This document shows positions 59,225 through 64,000 of a DNA stretch of 64,000 bases, piece by piece. Source of the stretch: Dehalococcoidia bacterium (lineage in GTDB: Bacteria > Chloroflexota > Dehalococcoidia > SM23-28-2 > RBG-16-64-32); contig JBBDNA010000013.1 in assembly GCA_040877915.1 (NCBI GenBank), forward strand, positions 13,760 to 77,759, written 5' to 3'. The translations under genes were made by a program, and so were the position numbers. Every line of letters starts with the position of its first letter. Position 1 is the stretch's first letter. Under the pieces are notes generated by a model. It saw nothing but the letters and a program-made list of their open reading frames with translations. It searched no databases and was not told the origin of the DNA.

Positions 59225-60641
59225 GCGCGCCCTGGCCTTCCTGGGCCAGCTAGTCCTGCCCTCCGGCCGGACGCTAGGCAGCAGCTTCGAGACAGACCCC
59301 TGGCTCGTGGACTCCGTACTGGCCCCCGCCCTGGCGAGGGACGGCGAGGCGAGGCCCCTACACCGCCGCCTGTGGTGGGAGGACGTGAAGGGCGCTGGCA
59401 AGACAAGCCTGCTGGGAGCGTTGGGCTTCACCGAGTGCGCCCTAGAGCCTGGCCTCCAGTGCTACATCGTGGCCGGCGACGCCGAGCAAGCGGGCTTGGT
59501 GCTGGAGGCCCTGAGCGGACTGCTGGCGCACTCGCCGAGCCTTCGCCGAGCCGTGCGTCAGACCTCCGCGCGGTTCACTCTCAGCAACGGCTCGTTCCTC
59601 AAGGTAATGAGCGCCGACAGCGAGACCTTCCACGGCGTCGGCACGGGCCGCAGGCAGCTATACCTCCTGGACGAGCTCACCAACTGGCCCGACACCCCGC
59701 GCCATGAGTCCCTGTACCACGCCGTGATGTCCAGCCTGGCCAAGACGCCGAGCGCCGCCATCCGCATCGCCGCCAACCCTGGCGTGGCCGGCAGCTGGCA
59801 GGCCGAAGCGAAGGAGAAGCTCGCGGCGGCGGGGGCCTGTATGTACGACGCCCCGCCTGGCCGACTGCCCTCCTGGGTGAGCCGTGAGGACGTGGAGGCC
59901 CTCCGCCTTGTCCTCCCGGAACCGCTGTGGGCGCGATACTACGGCGGGCGCTGGGTGAGCGAGGTTACGGGGCAGGCCATCTCCACCGAGGCCTGGGATG
60001 CCTGCCACGCCGAGCTTCCGCCGCTGGACGCGAGGACGCCCCTGGTCGTGGGCATCGACGCGGGCGTCACGCACGACTGCTTCGCCATCGTGGTCGTGGC
60101 GAAGTACCTACCGCCACGCGGCGAGCCTGCGTACGTACACTCGGAGCTCATCAGCCTACAGCTCCCGCCCAGGGCGTCGGAGGCGGAGGTGTGGGTGCGG
60201 GCCGTTGGAGTCTGGGAGCCCCAAGGCGTGCCCCTGGACTTCGGCGAGCCGCGCCGCTGGCTGGCCGAGTTCGTCCGGGAGCATCGCGTGGTCTGTATAG
60301 CCTACGACCCCTACCAGCTTCACAGCTGGGCTACCGACTTCGGACGCGATCACGGCGTCTGGATGGCGGAGTTCTCACAACAAGGGGCGCGGGCGCAGGC
60401 CGACGCCGACCTTGTGGCGTTGGTGAGGGCGGGGCGGCTACGCCACGACGGCGATGAGGTTCTACGGAGTCATGCCCTCGGCGCAGCGTTCAGGGTCAGC
60501 ACCGACGGGCGAGCGCGATTCGTCAAGGCGCACGGCTCGAAGAAGATAGACGCCCTGGTCGCGCTCTCGATGGCGTCGGCGCAGGGGATGTACCTGAACC
60601 TGCCCATCATTCGGGAGCGAGCGGGTCTTGACCAGGTGTAA
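59193..60641 (+). CDS. terL: Phage terminase large subunit
   Basis: Walker A KGAGKTS, Walker B LYLLDE, nuclease VVGIDAG-x3-DCFA, AYDPYQ, KIDALVALSMA. Confidence 0.88.
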   Translation: MIPSQTSTDVERALAFLGQLVLPSGRTLGSSFETDPWLVDSVLAPALARDGEARPLHRRLWWEDVKGAGKTSLLGALGFTECALEPGLQCYIVAGDAEQAGLVLEALSGLLAHSPSLRRAVRQTSARFTLSNGSFLKVMSADSETFHGVGTGRRQLYLLDELTNWPDTPRHESLYHAVMSSLAKTPSAAIRIAANPGVAGSWQAEAKEKLAAAGACMYDAPPGRLPSWVSREDVEALRLVLPEPLWARYYGGRWVSEVTGQAISTEAWDACHAELPPLDARTPLVVGIDAGVTHDCFAIVVVAKYLPPRGEPAYVHSELISLQLPPRASEAEVWVRAVGVWEPQGVPLDFGEPRRWLAEFVREHRVVCIAYDPYQLHSWATDFGRDHGVWMAEFSQQGARAQADADLVALVRAGRLRHDGDEVLRSHALGAAFRVSTDGRARFVKAHGSKKIDALVALSMASAQGMYLNLPIIRERAGLDQV

Positions 60642-60903
60642 TCCGGTAGATGCCCGCTCCTATGACGAACGCAATGGCACCCGTTAACCCTAGGACGAAG
60701 TTCAATACCCAGGCAGAGAAACCACCCATCAGTGCGCCTAGTGGAATGCCCAAGATTATCCCAAGTATGATCCCCATCTCGTCAACCAATGCTACGGTCG
60801 TGCTCACTAGAACGCCAACGAAAGTAGCCCACATCAGAATCGTAGTTACGATGTTCCAAATGAAGGCTAGGGCTAGACCAGTGTACAGGACGATGCGTTT
60901 CAT
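60607..60903 (-). CDS. Small membrane protein (element cargo)
   Basis: Hydrophobic, low GC, SD GAGGG. Confidence 0.7.
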   Translation of the reverse strand: MKRIVLYTGLALAFIWNIVTTILMWATFVGVLVSTTVALVDEMGIILGIILGIPLGALMGGFSAWVLNFVLGLTGAIAFVIGAGIYRITPGQDPLAPE

Positions 60904-60926
60904 AATGCCCCTCTCTCCCCCTATTG

Positions 60927-61406
60927 TCATTCATCGACGAGCAAGCGGCGGGCAGTTGCGATATCGATGTCGCCATACGAATACTCGGCGAGCAATCGCA
61001 CTGCAAGACGTGTCTGGTCGTTGGCTGCCCCCTGTTCGGTTACGTACTCGCTTGCCTCAAACTCTCTAAGTGATTCGTATTCCCACTTCAGACTAACGCC
61101 TGGGCAGGCCATTTCCAGCTCGTACGTGTCAGGTTCGTCCTCCCCGAATCCACCACTAAGGGTCACACTTTCGATGACGCTTCCCTTGTACTTCACTTCG
61201 TCGCGTCCACAGATGGCGGCGATGAACCCGCCTATGGTGAAGGGGTCGTCACAGAAGTCTTGGACTTCCTCGTCTGCACACGTCCACGTCTCAGACGAAT
61301 CGTTTATGAAGGGGTAGACGCATTGATAGAACAAGAGCCCAGCCATAATGGCAGCCGCTACGATTCCCGCCAGCACGCCACCGACTCTTGAAGCCCATTC
61401 GTTCAT
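60927..61406 (-). CDS. Membrane-anchored acidic hypothetical protein (element cargo)
   Basis: N-terminal TM, Cys-containing outer domain. Confidence 0.65.
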   Translation of the reverse strand: MNEWASRVGGVLAGIVAAAIMAGLLFYQCVYPFINDSSETWTCADEEVQDFCDDPFTIGGFIAAICGRDEVKYKGSVIESVTLSGGFGEDEPDTYELEMACPGVSLKWEYESLREFEASEYVTEQGAANDQTRLAVRLLAEYSYGDIDIATARRLLVDE

Positions 61407-61409
61407 GCC

Positions 61410-61811
61410 CTACTCGCAACCGAGCCCGTCGTTATCCGCGTCTAGGCCGAACACGTCCGGCCCGACCACCTGCACCGGCCCCGTGTACAGCGGCCCGTCC
61501 CCGCTCCCTCCGAGGCAGTCATAGTCCGATGCGTTCGGGTCTAGGCAGGTCCCAGCATAGGAGGGGTGGCAGGCTTGGCCAGGCTCATCCTGCACGGGCG
61601 GCGGGATGATGGGCGCCAGCGTCGGCAGGGGCGTTGGGGTCGGTGCCTCGGTTGGTTGGGGAGTAGCCGTAGGTGTGGGCTCCGGGGCCTCGGTGGCCTC
61701 CAAGACGGCGGCTGGCTCGTCGTCCCCACAGCCCGCCGCCGCAGCTGCGGCTACTACGACAATGAAGGCGACTACGCCGAGGATCGGCCCCTTCCACCAC
61801 GACAGCCACAT
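61410..61811 (-). CDS. Lipoprotein with Pro/Thr linker and Excalibur-like Ca-binding C-terminal domain
   Basis: AAGC lipobox; CHPSY-C...DYDC-GG-G-GP...LDADNDGLGCE. Confidence 0.75.
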   Translation of the reverse strand: MWLSWWKGPILGVVAFIVVVAAAAAAGCGDDEPAAVLEATEAPEPTPTATPQPTEAPTPTPLPTLAPIIPPPVQDEPGQACHPSYAGTCLDPNASDYDCLGGSGDGPLYTGPVQVVGPDVFGLDADNDGLGCE

Positions 61812-62301
61812 CTGATGCTACCCCCTCCCTAGCAGTATGGGGAGTCTAGAGCGGGCGCGGCTAGGTTGTCAAGCTCGACCTTTCCCCTCCATTATTCGTA
61901 GGAATAACAGGCCTCCAATTATCACCTTTTGGGCGCTAAAGGATTAATTCGCGTCAAAATAGGCGTCCCGCCCCCTTTACTTCTCCCCCCCAGACGATTA
62001 ATATGAATCTAGAGGCCATTAGAGATCGCGTAGCAGCCACAAGTCCGACCCAACCACTGAAGCTGAGGCCGTCGCTGGCCACGCCGCCTCCATCGATCAC
62101 ATCACCATCTGCTTCGGCCCCGACGATGAGGCCGACTTCTTCCCCGAGACGCTAGACCCTGAGCGCTTAGCGCGTCGCCTGAGAGCGCTCGTCGCTCTGC
62201 TAGCCACCAATCCCACGCTAATCGCCTGTGCCGCTGGCGCACATGAAAATAGCCCTCCGCCTGATGACTCGGAGGGCTACGTCTGAAGAACGGAGGTCGC
62301 G

Positions 62302-64000
62302 ATGACAACCTCAGGGTTAACGATAACGCTCCCGCCTGCCGGTGACAATGAGCAGCGGCTGCGAGCGTTGATAGACAAGCTGCTGGAAAAGCGAGCCGAC
62401 CCGCCCGCGCCGAGCGTCAGCGGGGGCGAGGTTTACCTCTGGTGCCCGTTCCATGACGACGGTAATCGGCCCAACCTCCGCCTGAACGCTGCCAAGGCGG
62501 TATGGTACTGCGACGTCTGCACCCAGGGCGGCTCGTTCGCCGATCTCGAACGTCGTCTCGGGCTGAACGGCCACGACACTAAGGGCTTCATCAGGCTGGA
62601 TGACCCCTGGCTGTTCTTCGAGCAGCGGGGTCTGCCGCGCGAGTTCGTCACGCAGCAAGGCGTGGGGCTGACGACCGTGCGCGACGGCAAGCCTGCCTTC
62701 GAGTTCAACAGCGGCAAAGTGCGGCCCCTGGGAGAGCGCTACTTTTGGCGGCAGGAACCCGCCCTCCGACCCCCGTTCTGGCCAATCCCGCCGTCGGCTG
62801 GTGAGACCGACACCACCATCATCCTTACCGCAGGGGAGACGGACTGCCTCACGACCCGCTACGCAGGGTTCGAGAACGCCTACGCCGTCACCAAGGGCGA
62901 GGGCACGGTGCCCTGGCCGTCCGCCTTCCGTGCACTACGGGTTTTGGGATACACCGAGGCCGTAGTTCTGTTCGACCTCGACGACGCGGGTGAAGTGGGA
63001 GCGCCGAAGGTCGCCGAAGCCGCCGCCCGTGCCGGCCTGCCGGCGAAAGTCGCGAAGCTGAAGGACGCAGTCGCCCTTCGCGGGGGCAAGGACGTGAGCG
63101 ACCTGTTCCGGCTGTTGCGCTTCGACCGCGACAAGCTGCGGCACGCCATCAGCAACGCCGTCGAGGGGGCAGTCGAGGTTTCCGTTTCCTTTTCGCCCCC
63201 TTATAGAGAAAAAAAGGAAATAGAAACAGAGCCGACCGCCTGGCAACCCTTGGCCGTAACCGAAGGCGGCGGAGAAGGTGCAGACGTCGCCTGGCTGTGG
63301 GGCGAGGGGGAACACGGCCTGCTGGCGGCGGGCCAACTAACCGACGTGACGGGGTTTTGGAAGTCCGGAAAGACCACCCTCATCAGCTCCTACCTGGCTC
63401 TCCTCCGCGACGGCGGCTCCCTGGCCGGTATGCCCGTAAAGCCTGGCCGTGCGCTCGTGGTGACGGAGGAATCATCCAAGCGCTGGAGCCGCAGGGCGGA
63501 GGAGATGCAGATCCCTGCCGAGGTGGTGGATAAGATTTGCCGACCGTTCCGGCGCAAGCCTTCTTGGGACGATTGGTACGCATTCGTAGAACATGCAGCC
63601 GCGCTACAGGTCGAGCGTCGTTACGACGTAATCGTCGCCGATGCCCTGCCCCACCTGTGGCCGGTCGTGAACGAGAACGACAGCATGGAAGTCTTGCGGG
63701 CGGTACAGCCGCTGCACACGTGGGCGGAGGCCGGAGCCGCCGTGCTCCTGGTACGCCACCCGCGCAAGACGGGCGGCGAGGAGGCTACGGCGGGGCGCGG
63801 CAGCGGGTCGCTGGCCGCATTCGTGGACGTTGTCGTAGAATTCCGCCGCTACGTCCCCAAAGTTATCGTAGACACCCGCCGCGTCATCACGGTGTATTCC
63901 CGCGAGGAGCCGTTTGAGGTCGTAGTGGACTGGGATGGGGCCGTTGGCTACGAGGTCGTGGGCGCACGGGATGAGGTGCGCCGTGCCGACAGGCTGTCCG
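62302..64000 (+). CDS. Primase-helicase: CHC2 zinc finger + TOPRIM + RecA-type AAA domain (3' truncated; missing from ORF track)
   Basis: SD GGAGG; CPFHDD...WYCDVC; LTAGETD, FDLDDAG, GKDVSD; GFWKSGKTT, VTEE, HPRK, RGSGSL. Confidence 0.88.
   Translation, partial: MTTSGLTITLPPAGDNEQRLRALIDKLLEKRADPPAPSVSGGEVYLWCPFHDDGNRPNLRLNAAKAVWYCDVCTQGGSFADLERRLGLNGHDTKGFIRLDDPWLFFEQRGLPREFVTQQGVGLTTVRDGKPAFEFNSGKVRPLGERYFWRQEPALRPPFWPIPPSAGETDTTIILTAGETDCLTTRYAGFENAYAVTKGEGTVPWPSAFRALRVLGYTEAVVLFDLDDAGEVGAPKVAEAAARAGLPAKVAKLKDAVALRGGKDVSDLFRLLRFDRDKLRHAISNAVEGAVEVSVSFSPPYREKKEIETEPTAWQPLAVTEGGGEGADVAWLWGEGEHGLLAAGQLTDVTGFWKSGKTTLISSYLALLRDGGSLAGMPVKPGRALVVTEESSKRWSRRAEEMQIPAEVVDKICRPFRRKPSWDDWYAFVEHAAALQVERRYDVIVADALPHLWPVVNENDSMEVLRAVQPLHTWAEAGAAVLLVRHPRKTGGEEATAGRGSGSLAAFVDVVVEFRRYVPKVIVDTRRVITVYSREEPFEVVVDWDGAVGYEVVGARDEVRRADRLS

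Larger units (their letters stand above)
58712..64000. mobile_element. Left part of an integrated prophage/satellite-like element (continues beyond window)
   Basis: att-like duplication followed by terS-like, terL, cargo and primase-helicase genes; shift in codon use. Confidence 0.8.

Noticed and set aside
62003-62286. Small gene upstream of the primase
   Set aside because: The coding-like frame ending at 62286 lacks a start codon, and the ATG at 62003 is in another, low-complexity frame. Cannot be called.

Overview
GC-rich bacterial chromosome segment. Gene content suggests Chloroflexota, probably Dehalococcoidia-like, but that is inference only. The housekeeping backbone includes zur-znuACB, a PyrR-attenuated pyr/car operon (pyrR-pyrB-pyrC-carA-carB-pyrK, with pyrD separated), apbC with a SufR-like regulator, tRNA-Pro, speB, tatA, glpD, tRNA-Arg, otsA/otsB, comM, rel, hisS and prfA-prmC. 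It is interrupted by many lower-GC 1-2 gene insertions: an HNH-sigma70-region-4 fusion and a HEPN/MNT pair inside the pyr operon, a two-gene module with a TIGR02391-like HEPN protein after hisS, a LuxR-TM-Ig fusion, and a 1.4 kb mini-island at tRNA-Arg. At the right end an integrated phage- or satellite-like element begins (duplicated gene 3' end, terS-like, terL, cargo, primase-helicase) and runs out of the window. At least three families of dispersed palindromic repeats are present. The most unusual has conserved arms around a fixed-length (33-34 nt) highly variable core. No CRISPR array, rRNA, integrase or transposase was seen.
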